DNA from: Hamiltosporidium tvaerminnensis FI-OER-3-3
Lineage: Eukaryota; Fungi; Microsporidia
Assembly (NCBI GenBank): GCA_022605425.2
Contig: CM061255.1
Coordinates: 434,001-498,000 of the forward strand
Length of the DNA stretch: 64,000 bases
Direction: 5' to 3'
Part shown: one piece after another, positions 12,500 to 24,826 of the stretch
Numbering within the stretch: position 1 is the stretch's first letter
Layout of the letters: each line of letters opens with the position of its first letter
Position numbers and translations under genes: made by a program
Notes under the pieces: model-generated
The model's input: the letters and a program-made list of their open reading frames with translations, nothing else
The model's database searches: none
What the model was told of the DNA's origin: nothing

Positions 12500-13600
12500 T
12501 AAGTCGTGAATACATTGTTGGTTTGATAGCATAGGTATTGAATGAATAATCATATTAATTTAGAGTTTTCAGTAAAGGTATATTCGTAGTTAATTTAAAA
12601 ATTTATTTAAAATCATTAACATCTTTATAGAAAAATGTTTTTGAGTTTTTATTTGGATTATAGAATACAATAAAACCTATCTGATACCTTTCGATAAATA
12701 GTATATTCAAAGACCTTCTGATAATTTGATTATTGTGTCAAATTAACAAAAATATTTAGAAATTTTTGTATATTTTTATGATTAAATTATTTGTCAATAT
12801 ATAAAACAAAAATCGAAATATATACTTGTTATAATTCATTTACCTTGTGAAAAGTATTTAACTTGGGATAAAAATTAATTATTAGAAACAAGATTCGACC
12901 AAGATCTTCATATATGTGTCTGTGGTGCTCTATTTATCTTAGTAGGTTAATTTAGCTGGGAAACTGCGCTTTCAGATTCAAATTTACAACCAAATTTTCA
13001 GACTAAGGCTTCATAGATCATTTCTCTTATGAACCTAGAATAATATATAAAGTGAAGACGAAAAGGCAAAAATTTGCTATCAGAAATTGAAATCAACCGG
13101 CGAAATAAAAAATAATAACCTTGAAAGTTTATTCTAGAATATGAATGTAAGTAAAAATTATCTATACGAAGAATTCAAAAATAAAAGAAGCTCCTTCTAC
13201 AATATCGAAATAAAAATTTAAGGAGCAGGAGCAGTTGAAACAACAATACTGTCACATTATTTTACTCAGAGTAAAAATACTTTAGAGTAACATTGTCAAA
13301 GATAAAAAAAGACACTATAAAGAAAAAACCTCTGAATTATCTGAACCGTGTGTCATTTAATGGTTGTATAGCATGATCCCCAAGGAGAGGAGTTGGTAAT
13401 CTTAAAGATTTCGAGCTTAGAGATATATGAATAACACAGGAAGCTAAAATAAAAAAGTAGGATTAGAATTATATACAAAGTAAAACATGGCCTAAAAATA
13501 GCGTATAGTCCCAAATAGAATATTAATTTATCTAAGAACGAACGCACATTCGGTTTTTAACTGACATAGTTGCAAATCACTTCGCCAAGAATCGAAAAAC
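12500..13600 (+). mobile_element. Possible very old relic of the RLE-LINE (RT to zinc-knuckle region)
   Basis: Scattered short colinear resemblances to 51085-52040 (e.g. near 12640, 12880, 13160, 13570). No ORF; judged by eye only. Confidence 0.35.
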
Positions 13601-13950
13601 GTAACGACTAATTTTTTGTATAATAAAATATTCTTCTTCAAAAGCTTTTTTACCTCAAAAAAAATCAAGAGAATCATGTATTCCACAATATTTTATTGAT
13701 TTTTCTAGCAATTTTATTGCAATTTTTATAAATTTATCTTTCCTCTAAATCGTATCTCAAATTAAAAAAAATGAAATTCAAAATAGCAAAAAATATAAAC
13801 TTTAAAATCCACAAAAATTTGAAGGAAATCATAGAAAAGAATCAAAGAAACAAAAATCATTAAATTTTAATTAAAATTTTCATTTCCTCTGCATTTTTAT
13901 AAAATTTTGGAATAAAAGAGAATTAAATCTATAAAAATATTGAATTTTAA

Positions 13951-14610
13951 TTAAATAATTATCATTTCATCTTTATTGTCAAAAACTCTTATTTTATCCA
14001 CCATCTCCTTATTAGGACCGTTAATATTGTCTTTATCATAAGGCAACATAATATATACTTTAATACCAATAACACCTGTCTTAAGAAGTATTGAGGTAAA
14101 TCCTTTTCTAACGTAATCCTCACAAGGCTGACCAGAGTGAAGAAGAACACCATCAGAAAATTTTACGCTTTTTGCTCTTTGTCCCTTTAATTTACCACTT
14201 ACTACCACCATTACACCTTGTGCTCCTGCCTCTTTTATGGTTCGTATGGCTCCATTTACAGCTCTTTTAAATGGAATATTGGCCTGTATTTTCTGTCTAA
14301 TCGAATCAGCTTGAATGAAAGGACATAAACCTTTATTTTGCACAGATTCTAATGCAATCACTACATCAGTCTCTTGAACATTTAAACGCTGTGCAATAAC
14401 AGATTGTAAAGCTTTTATACGTGTTTTTTTATCGCCTGCTATTTCGTGTGTCTTTAATGCTCTTATAGTGATTTGAATAGGAAGATTATATGAATTCATT
14501 GACATACTTGAGAATCCTTCTTCTCTTAATTCTTTGGATAGAAATTCATTTATTTCTGCGTATTTAATACCAGACTGGATGAAACGTGCAATGGTGGATT
14601 GATTTTCCAT
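13951..14610 (-). CDS. RPS3: 40S ribosomal protein S3 (uS3)
   Basis: AEINEFLSKELREEGFS, GLCPFIQADSIR, GAQGVMVVVSGKLKGQRAKSVKFSDG and LLKTGVIGIKVYIMLP match eukaryotic uS3. Start context AACCCATAAAATG. Confidence 0.97.
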   Translation of the reverse strand: MENQSTIARFIQSGIKYAEINEFLSKELREEGFSSMSMNSYNLPIQITIRALKTHEIAGDKKTRIKALQSVIAQRLNVQETDVVIALESVQNKGLCPFIQADSIRQKIQANIPFKRAVNGAIRTIKEAGAQGVMVVVSGKLKGQRAKSVKFSDGVLLHSGQPCEDYVRKGFTSILLKTGVIGIKVYIMLPYDKDNINGPNKEMVDKIRVFDNKDEMIII

Positions 14611-15299
14611 TTTATGGGTTCAACTAAAAAATATAAAAAAAATTTAAAAATTTAAAAATACAAAAAAAATTTAAAAATACAAATTTATTTTTCTAAAAAA
14701 CTGAAATGAAATTTTTTGTATTAAAAAAAACTATGAAAAGCAATAATTTAAAACTAAAAAAAAAAATTATTGTTTATTTCCAACCACTTTGTTTTTAAAG
14801 GTTTCAAGTAAATTTATGGATTCTTTTATAGTGTTTTTAAAATCTATTAAAATTTCATTGTAATTGTCTAAACAGTTTTTTAAATTTGTTCCTGAATCCA
14901 TAATAAGGGAAAGGGGGTAAAAAGAAATAAAATTTTAGATTGATTATTTTATACGGCTACTTTTTTTGCAGGTTTAAGTTTATTTATTCTCCATTCTTTA
15001 GAAATGACTTATTTCTATATTTTAAGTCTTTGTTTTGATTTTGGAGATTATATCCCCACAATTGCGTTTAGTTAACTGTATTTACACACCAAGCATTTTA
15101 ATCTTTATACACAAGTATATGCAATCTATATTTTCTTCTTGTTCTTAACTCTATGTACTTCAATTAAGCTTTAATCACTTATATCCCGAGTCCAAACATA
15201 TTTTTAACCAAAGAAAACTTTTAATCATTTTTTTGATTAATATCGAACGAAGATGTTTCTAAATTCATGTGTACTCGAATTCTTTTAAATACATCGTAA

Positions 15300-16010
15300 A
15301 AACATTATTTAGAACTTAAGTTTTATTTTTGAAAGTGGCATCTATTATGTTTTTTTGGCAATAGCTCGGTTCTGGCTTTAATTGGAAAATTGTTTCCTTG
15401 GTACTTTATCATATCTTTTAATATACCAGAATCTTGCAAATTTTCATATAATAGGCGCCTAAAACCAACTTAATCAGAGGAAAATTCTCATAAGTTCGTT
15501 ACTATAAATTTTAAACTATGATATAAAGTTAAATCTTGGTTTTCTTTTGCCTTTCGAAACCAGCAGCTTTACTACTTGTTCTAACTTTTCTAGGCTAATC
15601 GACTTACAGCAAAGATATACCAGCGATCTATATGTAGTCATAAGACTTGCAACGACATATAAATATGTATAAATTGATACCTAGCTTTCTGGTTTTTTGA
15701 ACTTTTATGTTTTTCTGTATCTTTAGGTGCTTAGTCGTTTATCCGATGTGACCAGGCTAGGTTCATAATTTTTCTTATTTCAATCACCAAAAATTCAACC
15801 GTTTTTTCAAAAATATATGTATAAAAGTTAAAATATCACCGTGGAAAAGGTGTATGTGCATACAATTTTTACTAAAAATAGTATTTTCGCGAGATACAGG
15901 CAAAATGAATTTTATCATTATACATCAAAAATCCGAACAAGTATTTTATCCTTAATTTAGAAACTTATTTCATGCAGAAGGTTTTTAATTAGCTTATCTT
16001 CTCTTCATCA
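15300..16010 (-). mobile_element. ~730-bp repeat, heavily degenerate copy D
   Basis: Residual colinear blocks AAAGTGGCA, CGGTTCTGG, AAAGATATA, GTGACCAGGCTAGG and GCAGAAGGTTTTT...CTTATCTTCTCTTC. Ends are approximate. Confidence 0.6.
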
Positions 16011-16674
16011 TTAAAATTTAAAGAATAAATTGGGTAAGAAGCTAAGCAATCATTATATTTGCAGATATTTTATTGTGAGTATAAACAATAATTCCATGAT
16101 AGAATGATAAACTTGAAATCAAATGATGAATCATATTAAACTCTTTTACTTTATTATTTTTAGTAAACATACTAAATAAAAAATTTTGCGCAGTTTATTA
16201 GGCCAAATCTTTATAGAGTTTACTTATTTTAAAATTCAGTAAATATGTTCATGAAAAATTTTCTGTTTTAGTTCAATTTATTATATCAAAAGCAAAAAAA
16301 TTATCTTGCATTTATAAAGGTAATTACATTTATAATACAAGAAAATGAACGATAGATATATCTAAATGCTACTAACAGTCAAAAGATTCAGCTTTAATTG
16401 TTTTTAATACCTTAGAGTAGATTAAAAGAAGACCACTAGTAATTTCAGATTGTCGCATGGTATTTTACATTTTTATACTATTAAAAAGATGTAAATTGAA
16501 AACTTTAATTCTAAATATATAAAGCAATTATTGCGTACTATTTTTTATGTTCCAATGCAATTTATTATATTAATATATTTTGGTAACCTAGACCAGATTA
16601 GAGGAAACGACAATAAACATAAATGAAGATTTGGATATAAAAAAAGTAAAGATAGAGTTTAAAATAAAAGAAGA

Positions 16675-16890
16675 AAAGGTATGGCATCATCTGAATTACA
16701 TCCCTGTACGAGCCTTGGCCAACCTCAGTAATACTGCCGCCGATCTTTTTCGGGTTTCGTAACAAGATAGTTTTAAAGTGTAAGTTCTTAGCTTTACGCC
16801 CAACCGCAAACATGAGGACCAGTCCCTTTGATAGCCTCTTACTACAAGCAAAGAATATTCCAAGCCAATTTTGCTCCCGACATAGTGGGG
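16675..16890 (-). mobile_element. Short RTE-derived non-autonomous element (5'-UTR-like segment fused to 3'-end-like segment)
   Basis: GC-richer island. The minus strand has CTGGTCCTCATGTTTGCGGTTGGGCGTAAAGCTAAGAAC (resembling RTE 5' UTRs, from memory) and ends GGCCAAGGCTCGTACAGGGATGTAA..GATGATG, similar to the RTE 3' end at 21001-21030. Confidence 0.5.
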
Positions 16891-16929
16891 AAAGCTTAAT
16901 TAGAAAATGTATATTAATATAATAAATTA

Positions 16930-17580
16930 CTTTACCATCAGAATTTATTAACTAAAGTGGTAAACTAGAATTTTCGTTTTCCGAATTATTATCATAGCTG
17001 ATAATATATCTTAAAGATAAGGGCAAAAATAAGACAAAACTCAATGAATTAGGATCGCTTCCCAAGACTCACTAAATAGTTGAAACAGAGAATCTTACGA
17101 TTTATAGTCTATTAGCAAATAGAACAGGTTATATTTTTTCATGCAATATGGAGATAATTCTTTATGTGGCAGTCCAGATAAACTTGATGCGAAATCCCGA
17201 AGTTGGTTTCAAATGGCTTCAAATACTCATAAATTTCTAGATATGGAGTCCGTCTATAGTACTAAGAAGTATATTTCAAAAAAGTTTTTTGATCGACGGA
17301 TAATGCTTGAGTCAAGACTAAATCCCGAAGGGAGTGAAAAATGGCCTTAAAGAGTGTTATTGAATACCGTGATGCATGAGTGGCATAGACACCCTTTAAA
17401 CAAGCAATGCATATAGAAGAAGATTTTAAACATTTTAAAGAAATAACATTCTATATTTTAGAAATAGAAATCATATTTGAGGAACCGACTATAAATATAA
17501 AAGATGAGTAAAATTTATTTGAGAAAAGGTTATTAGTTAAAGAAATAGAAGAAAATACATGTAAGTGAAAAAATTTTAAT
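16930..17580 (+). mobile_element. Degenerate 3' fragment of the RLE-LINE
   Basis: Colinear with 52190-52810: CTTCCCAAGACTCAC, ATAGTTGAAAC, TTTGATCGACG...CTTGAGTCAAGACTAAAT, GATGCATGAG, GAGGAACCGAC. Confidence 0.8.
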
Positions 17581-17615
17581 CCTAATTTTATTATTTCAGA
17601 AAAAAATTTTTTGGA

Positions 17616-19844
17616 CTAAATAAGTTCGTTGATTTTTCTTTCAAGATTTGTAGCCAAATTTGTTATATTACGAAAATTATTCGAATATATTGAACTTCTA
17701 TTTCCAAATATCATTATCCAATATAGCTGCGACGCATATAATTGTTTCAATTTCAAATCTTTTTGTGGTATATTTTGGCTCAAAGCCCCTAAAGATTCAA
17801 ACACATTCTTACACTTCGAGATAAATATACATCCCAGGTGTTTTTTTCGCCCCGCATTAGTGTATTTTTCTATTAGAAATATGTTAAACCTCACCAAATG
17901 ATCAATTATTGAAGAATTTGTCTCAAAAAAATACTGTATCATATCATTATAAAATTTTTCCTGACTATTAATTGTTTTTTTCTTTTTAATAAGCAATAAA
18001 ATAAAAGCGAAAAATTCCTTGATTTGTCTGTTATCAAGCTTAAAAGATTTATTTAGGATCATTGCTATTAGACATGGAATTTGCAAAAAAAGTAAAGTTT
18101 TTCGACATTTTCCAAAGGTAACCACATTTAAAAGAAATCTACATGTGTTAAGCATTCCATAGCAATTTGCTTTTGTTTCGTACTCTTCTAAATTTCTTAA
18201 GAGAGATTCAAAAAGTTGCCCCCTGTAGAAAGTATCTGCATAAATTCTTACTCTTGACGTAAGATGTAAATTCTCCCATATTTTACCTTGTGAACTGATG
18301 GATTTTTTTTTATCAAGATCTATTGCCAATGCATTTAAGAGAAAAATTGTTGAAACCACATGATTTTTTTTTATAATTTGTTCAACATTTTTTTCATGTC
18401 GTTCGATAAACACCAATATTTCATAAAATACATCAATTTTCAAACATTCATAAAATTTAATAAAAATTCCTGATATTTTCGGTAGCTTCAAGGCTTCTAA
18501 TATCATACTTATACTCATATCTCTTAAAAGTTTCTTCTCATAATCTACAAAAAACGAACATATCTTTAATACATTAGAAGCATCATTATCCTGTGATTTT
18601 AAGTTTGCAATTTCGGATGAAAATATTTGTTCTAGCTCTTGAACAGTGTATGTTAAGTGTTGTGGATGCGACTTTGTTTCCCGAATGAACGTTTTGTTTT
18701 TCAGGAATATGCAATAAAAAATATGTTTTATATTCGAAGAAATCAAATCTTTATATGATTGAGCGTGTAAATTATCTAAAAAAACTTTATCTAAATTAAG
18801 TTCATGAATATTTTTCAATATAATTTCATTGATATCATTTTTTTTATCATCTCTTTCAAATTTCTTCAATTTAATAAAAGATTTGAGAATAGAATTGTAT
18901 CCCTCTTGTATACTTTTCAATTGGCGTGATAGAATAATATCTAGAAGTTTACATCGGGTCATTGAAAGTTTTCTAGTATTATCATGATGTACTTCGCAAG
19001 TCATTTTTATTTTGTATCCTTCTTCTCTTGATGATAGCAAAACTGTATTTTCGGCAGTCGCGACAAATTTTTTCCGCTTTAAAAGCCTTATATTCAATCC
19101 CTCTTTGTGTGATTGTGAATTATATGTAGCTTCTAAGGATTCACATGCATCAATGTTGTTTGTTATTCGATTAAAAAATTCTGTATTAGATATTGTGCTT
19201 TTATAGTCAAAAGTTTCATGAAAATTAATCAATGAACTTAATGCGTTTGTGATTTCCGAATCGTATACATTGTTTTCTGAATCTAAATTATTGCTATTTT
19301 CGTGCGGTATTTGATATTGTTCCGTAGGTAAGAAATATTCTTCTTGATGTGATAAAACATTGTTTTGTAAAATTGGCGCAAAGTTCGGTACATCTCTATT
19401 GTACAATGCCTTCTGATTTGACTCTTTTGAATGACAGAATGCCAAATCAAATCGAGGTAACTTTTCAACTGGCAATATATTCTGCGAGGATATATCACTC
19501 GAATATAAATGACTGGATACTGTTTGAGGATTAGGTTGGTCATTGAATGCCGTATATGCGACCGTATTTGTAGGATTTTCTTGGGTATATGGAGATAAAT
19601 AATTTGTTTGAACTCGATTTGATAAAGAACTAGATGGAGAACATAAAGAAGGATTTATTTCGGAATAAGCTTGATTAAGGTAATTCGAGGCCTGATAATA
19701 ATAGTTCTCGATGCCATCATTACCTGTAAAGGCGCTATTATTCGGTTCTAAATAGAAACTGGTATCGAGCTCTGATTGCCACACAACATTTAAATAACCA
19801 AATAAATGATTAAACAAAATGTTATTAAATGTTATAACTACCAT
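17616..19844 (-). CDS. Unknown multigene-family protein, paralogue 2 (742 aa)
   Basis: Long ORF with TACCCCTATAAAATG start context. Motifs CSFFVDYEKKLLRDM, GQLFESLLRN, LFLQIPCLIAM and QLYASQLYW are shared with the other paralogues. Confidence 0.9.
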   Translation of the reverse strand: MVVITFNNILFNHLFGYLNVVWQSELDTSFYLEPNNSAFTGNDGIENYYYQASNYLNQAYSEINPSLCSPSSSLSNRVQTNYLSPYTQENPTNTVAYTAFNDQPNPQTVSSHLYSSDISSQNILPVEKLPRFDLAFCHSKESNQKALYNRDVPNFAPILQNNVLSHQEEYFLPTEQYQIPHENSNNLDSENNVYDSEITNALSSLINFHETFDYKSTISNTEFFNRITNNIDACESLEATYNSQSHKEGLNIRLLKRKKFVATAENTVLLSSREEGYKIKMTCEVHHDNTRKLSMTRCKLLDIILSRQLKSIQEGYNSILKSFIKLKKFERDDKKNDINEIILKNIHELNLDKVFLDNLHAQSYKDLISSNIKHIFYCIFLKNKTFIRETKSHPQHLTYTVQELEQIFSSEIANLKSQDNDASNVLKICSFFVDYEKKLLRDMSISMILEALKLPKISGIFIKFYECLKIDVFYEILVFIERHEKNVEQIIKKNHVVSTIFLLNALAIDLDKKKSISSQGKIWENLHLTSRVRIYADTFYRGQLFESLLRNLEEYETKANCYGMLNTCRFLLNVVTFGKCRKTLLFLQIPCLIAMILNKSFKLDNRQIKEFFAFILLLIKKKKTINSQEKFYNDMIQYFFETNSSIIDHLVRFNIFLIEKYTNAGRKKHLGCIFISKCKNVFESLGALSQNIPQKDLKLKQLYASQLYWIMIFGNRSSIYSNNFRNITNLATNLERKINELI

Positions 19845-20559
19845 TTTATAGGGGTAAACTAGACAAATTATATGTACTAACTTGATTAATTAAGTAAAAA
19901 CGGAATATAAACTTTTACTGATATTTTGAAATTATAAAAAGAAATTGGTTTTTCTGGGAGCTATAAAAAGGTTAAAACCTAAAATTTACTAGCAAAATCA
20001 ATAAAAAAAGTATATAATTTATAATTAATTAAAATATTATGTACAAATTGTCGAATTTAATGTTGACTCCCCCCCCCATTCTGTCCACATGCAAAAGTTT
20101 ACCTTGGCCAAAAGTAAAATCCAGCAGATCATCATATCTACTAAATCAAATGGGTTTCAAAAAATATTCGTCATTATGCTTTCTTTGACGGGAAACGACT
20201 TTTTTGGTAGGAAAATAATTATTTTCTGATAATGTAAAGAATTTTAATAAAATTAGCCTTTTATAAACCGAAAAAAAATAAAAAAATATGTTGAAACTAA
20301 TTTAAGAAAAGTAAAAAAAGGAAATAATGAATATTAAAAATAAATTATAAAAATATATGAAAAAAAATCATTGAAAAAAACCAGAAAAACTATCATCAAA
20401 TAAAAAAAATGAATTTTACTGTATTTCTCTTTTATTCCGTTTTTCTATGTGCTTGTCTTACTGGTTTTTTTTATTTTTCTTTTATTTGTGACACACTTTT
20501 GTATTTTAATCTAAAATTTAAAAATATATGAATTTTAAAAAATAAAGAAAATAAGACTT

Positions 20560-21050
20560 AAATAACGGAAGAGAAAAAAACAAAAATTTAGCACTGTTAT
20601 TAGACCAATAGTAATGTATGCTTCCAAAACATTGGCGATGTCCAAAAAAAATGAAACAAGCTAGATATATGGGAGAGAAATATACTAACAAGAATATATG
20701 GACCAATTTTCTAAAATAACGAATGGAGAATTAGAACGAATCAAGAGGTTTATGATCATATCAAGAATCCAATATTGTCACTGTAAAAAAAGAAGACTTG
20801 GATGGCTCGGGCACGTAGAAAGAATGTTTACAGAGAGAGCTGCTGGTAAAATATTCAAAGCCATACCTGAAGGTAAGAGAACAAGAGGCGGACCAAGGAA
20901 AAGATGGCTGGATAATGTCGAGGAAGATTTAATGAAACTTGATGTGATACAAAAAGAAGTTAGGTCCAAAATAGAGAACAATGGAGAAGTATCGTTTAAA
21001 AGGCTCGGGCTCTTCTAGGGCTGTAGCGCCGCGGAGTAAGTAAGCAAGTA
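20560..21050 (+). mobile_element. 5'-truncated RTE-clade non-LTR retrotransposon remnant (RT C-terminus and 3' tail)
   Basis: Fragments read TVIRPIVMYASKT and RRLGWLGHVERM...PEGKRTRGGPRKRWLDNVEEDL. The 3' end GGGCTGTAGCGCC is followed by an (AGTA)n-like tail. Confidence 0.88.
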
Positions 21051-21123
21051 TAGAACAAAGCATTGATAAGCGAATAGCTACTGCTTGTATATTAATCATT
21101 AAAATCAAAAAATTACAAATATT

Positions 21124-21705
21124 TTATTTATTTAAGACTGTATATAGCAGAGTGCATTTTTTTATTTCACAAAATTTTTCTATCGCTGTATCAATATCAA
21201 GATTACAATCTTCAATAATTTTAACAAATTGTAAGATTTCATTTGCACCTAATATAGCATCACTCGGCGTATCTTTAATATCAAAATTTACCAAATAGAA
21301 AACACCATCAGAATAATCGTTTAAATACTCTTTCCTCCCATAATATTCAAATATAGAAACAAAACATCTTTCTTCACATGTTATAACCAAATCAAAAGCT
21401 CTTTCCACTTCAAAAAACGATTCCGGTTTTTCTTTTAAAGATATATTTCGTTGAAGTAAATGTAAAAGCCCGGTATTTCGATAAAAATTTTCATTTTTTT
21501 CTCTCAAATCGTTATATATCTCTCGATATGTCGTATTAAAACTATATATATTTGGTTGAGTAATAGACATACCGGGTAATTTTATATTATTAGATGTACC
21601 ATATGAAGATACTTTAAACCCTTTCTTCTGTAATAAACCATGTGCTTCCATACTTCTATTTTGATTCATTGCGCAACAAACAGCCATATTTAGAAAGGTT
21701 GGCAT
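21124..21705 (-). CDS. SSU72: RNA polymerase II CTD phosphatase Ssu72
   Basis: CX5R loop CAMNQNRSMEAH, plus VSSYGT..IKLPG, PNIYSF.TTY, FDLVITCEERCF and VNFDIKDT..DA..GA. Start context GCCCTAAATG. Confidence 0.96.
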   Translation of the reverse strand: MPTFLNMAVCCAMNQNRSMEAHGLLQKKGFKVSSYGTSNNIKLPGMSITQPNIYSFNTTYREIYNDLREKNENFYRNTGLLHLLQRNISLKEKPESFFEVERAFDLVITCEERCFVSIFEYYGRKEYLNDYSDGVFYLVNFDIKDTPSDAILGANEILQFVKIIEDCNLDIDTAIEKFCEIKKCTLLYTVLNK

Positions 21706-22069
21706 TTAGGGCAATAAAATAGTAAAAATAAAAATTTAAAACCAATGAAATTTCCTTTTACAAAAATATTTTATAAATCATGATAATTGTACAATCTCTG
21801 TTTCTTTTTTTTAAAAAAATTATCCCAATATTTGGAAATGTATAAGACTGTTATTCTTCAAAATAAATGTAATTTTTATTCCAAATAATTTTATTTTAAA
21901 ATTTATATTTGTTAAACACAACTCTCCAGAGTATCAAATTATAATTTTCAATTTCAATTTAGTTAAACATAAAATGATAATTTTTTTTATCTCGTAAACA
22001 TCTCAGTTTACGAAATAATTTATAATTTATTTGCTTAAAGAAACAGTTACTTAAATCACATTTTAATTA

Positions 22070-22666
22070 TTAACAACACCCTCTTTTTCTATATTCATTC
22101 TTTACAAACGTAACTCTTTCATTTATACACTTCGATCTTTTATTCATTAAACATTTAGCCATTTCATAAAATACCTCATCAATATTATCCCCACTCTTAG
22201 CACTCGTAATAAAAAATTTGATTTTTTTTATTTCCGCCTTTTCGCTATAAGCAGTAAATACGTCCTCAAAATCAACACCATCCAACATATCTCGTTTATT
22301 GCCCACAAGAAAAATAGGAATACCATTTCCTACCTCTTCTACAATTTCTTCGTACCACTTGTCCACACAATCAAAAGAACGCGGATCTGTTAAATCAAAT
22401 ACCAGTAATATGCCATTTGCATTTCTATAATAACTTCTAGTTATTGAATGAAATCTCTCTTGTCCAGCTGTGTCCCATATCTGTAACCTTACATCTTTAT
22501 CTTCTACTTTAATATCTTTAGAAACAAAATCTATTCCTATTGTATTCATAAGTGTATATTTGAATATTCCTTCTGTAAATCTATATAAAATACTTGTTTT
22601 ACCGACATTACTTTCTCCTAATATTAATATTTTATATCTATAAAAAGGATCTTTACTATGTGACAT
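22070..22666 (-). CDS. Rab-family small GTPase (Rab8/Rab10/Sec4-like)
   Basis: GESNVGKT, TIGIDF, LQIWDTAGQERFHSITRSYYR, NKRD, SAK and a C-terminal CC prenylation motif. Start context ATCCCTGTAATG. Confidence 0.95.
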   Translation of the reverse strand: MSHSKDPFYRYKILILGESNVGKTSILYRFTEGIFKYTLMNTIGIDFVSKDIKVEDKDVRLQIWDTAGQERFHSITRSYYRNANGILLVFDLTDPRSFDCVDKWYEEIVEEVGNGIPIFLVGNKRDMLDGVDFEDVFTAYSEKAEIKKIKFFITSAKSGDNIDEVFYEMAKCLMNKRSKCINERVTFVKNEYRKRGCC

Positions 22667-23354
22667 TACAGGGATATAAAAAGATCTACAAATATTTTTT
22701 TATTTTCTTATAATATAACAGACTTGTAACATATGTTGTTGAGCAAGAAATAAATTTAGTTAAAGTTTAATATAAAAAGAATAGAAGAATTTTTAAGGGA
22801 GGGATTGATGTAATAAGATTATATCAAATATAGGAGAGAAAATTAATATAAATTCGATTGTATGAATTATAAGATTAAGAATCTATATATTGAATTGAAT
22901 GACTTATAAGAGGAAGATATCGATGTAGAAAGCACGAGCAAAAAGTGTGAATTATATAAATGTAGGAATATAATTTATTTACAAATATTGAAAAAAATTT
23001 ATATTTTGGCAGAAAAAATACCTCTATCAGTGAAAAATTACATGTTTTATTTTATTATTTCTTATTTTAGTCCTATTTTACTTTTCCGGTTCGAGAATCA
23101 ACAAACAGACCCCAACCTTTTCCCTCGCTATCCAATTACACACACTAATAGGTCTTTTCATTTTACACGCAAAGTGGGTTACTGGATCAAAGTATTTCAA
23201 CTGTAATATGGTCTACATTTTAACGACCAAACTTCTAAATTTTATGTTCCACAAATCAATGACCGGTTTTTACACCAGGTTGTTGGTTTTAATACCGTTT
23301 TTTGCCTTTCATTTTTGTTATTTCAATCAAGTAACTTGGTATAATAAGGGATAG

Positions 23355-23470
23355 GCCCATATATCTGGTGTGGTTTACATCCCACCAAAATTCTAGCAAT
23401 GATTTTCACATACATTTTACACAAAAATTGCCAAATAAATAGTTTAAATGTGTTATTTTCTTTCTGCTAT
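23355..23470 (-). mobile_element. Fragment of the ~730-bp repeat (its 5' end)
   Basis: GTGTGGTTTACATCCCACCAAAATTC...ATGATTTTCACA...TTGCCAA matches 2988-3060. Confidence 0.6.
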
Positions 23471-24100
23471 TTTTTTCTGCCACCTAATTGAAATATTATA
23501 TATGATCTCTAGTGTGTACAAACCAAAATATAATTTATTTAAATTAAAGACAAGAGCATACAAATTTAATTTAATTCAGGATCCTTTTATTTTTTTTTTA
23601 GAATATAGATTTAAACGCGATTACTTTCAATTAATTCTTGCCGTATTGTATTTATGTTAAAGATTTTCATTTTGGAAAGTTAGGTCATGAGTCCGTGAAA
23701 ATCTTTTTTTGCAGAAGAATCAAAATTATTTCAGCGTAAGCTAAATGATTTTTATGAAATGACATTATTTAGCATGGTTGCTGGATATCGACAGTATTTT
23801 GATAGAATATAAAATTTTATGAATTTTGATTAATCAAAGATATAGGTAACTATACCCACAAAAGAGTAAAGCGATTGATGAATTTAAAAATCCCAAATAA
23901 ACTTTCTGTAGTATTGAATCTTCAGTTTATATTTAAAACAAAGTAGGACCATAAAATATATTATATATAAGATATAAGATTAAAGACCTAAAAAAATAAT
24001 AATTAAACCAGAAGCAATAAAACCACGTAAAAAATTTAATGGAAATTATTCTGTTAAAGTAAGAATTATAGGTGCATTATATATTGTAGACAAATCATGT

Positions 24101-24826
24101 TTATTTTAAAGTATCACATCTTTTTTAAAACAGTGGCAAGTGTTATATTTGTTTTCATGACATTAACGCGGTTCTAGGTATAAAATAAATAACTCCTACC
24201 CAACACTCCATCCGTACCTCCTGTTATAACAACGTCTCAAAGTCTTTCATCTACCAGGTGTGTAGAACCTAATTACTAGGCGAGGCAGTTGCCCGGAGTT
24301 CGTTAATGTCCGTTGCCTATGAGTGTGATCGAAGGCCGAAGCCCCCCCCCTGGGCTCCCCCATGACTATGCAGCATATCCACTTACTCTACACTTTCTGA
24401 ACCCAATAAACTTCTAGCTAAGATATATTTCAGAGACTTACATGGGGTCCACCTAGACAGTGCAATGTCATACCAACAGGCATAACCTGATACTTAGCTT
24501 TCTTGGCTTTAAATGGTTTTTTGTTTTATATCTCCCAGGCGCTAAGTCTTCTAACTCGAGTGAGCAAGGCTGGGTTTCCATGCTTTTACATGACAATTAC
24601 CTACATGTTTAGCTGCAGTCGGCAATCTGGTTACGTCAAAAACTAAAAATAAATCGTGGAAAAAGTTTCTCAATTTCTTAGAACTCTCCTCCTCATAACA
24701 ACGCCCATGAAACAACCGAAGATGATGTGTGGTTGTATTCCCACAACAACTCAAACAATGATCTTCACACCTATTTCAATACCCATTGCTAAGCAGATAG
24801 TTTTTATGTGGTTATCTTCCCTCTAC
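24101..24826 (-). mobile_element. ~730-bp repeat, copy F
   Basis: Very similar to copy A over its whole length. Confidence 0.92.

Noticed and set aside
17141-17350. 69-aa ORF as an independent gene
   Set aside because: It lies within a decayed 3' fragment of the RLE-LINE.
24418-24552. Group I intron-like words (TTCAGAGACT, AAGATATA, GACTTA/TAAGTC pairing) in the 730-bp repeat
   Set aside because: The S-like word precedes the R-like word, P and Q elements are not evident, and the element has TSDs rather than interrupting a gene.
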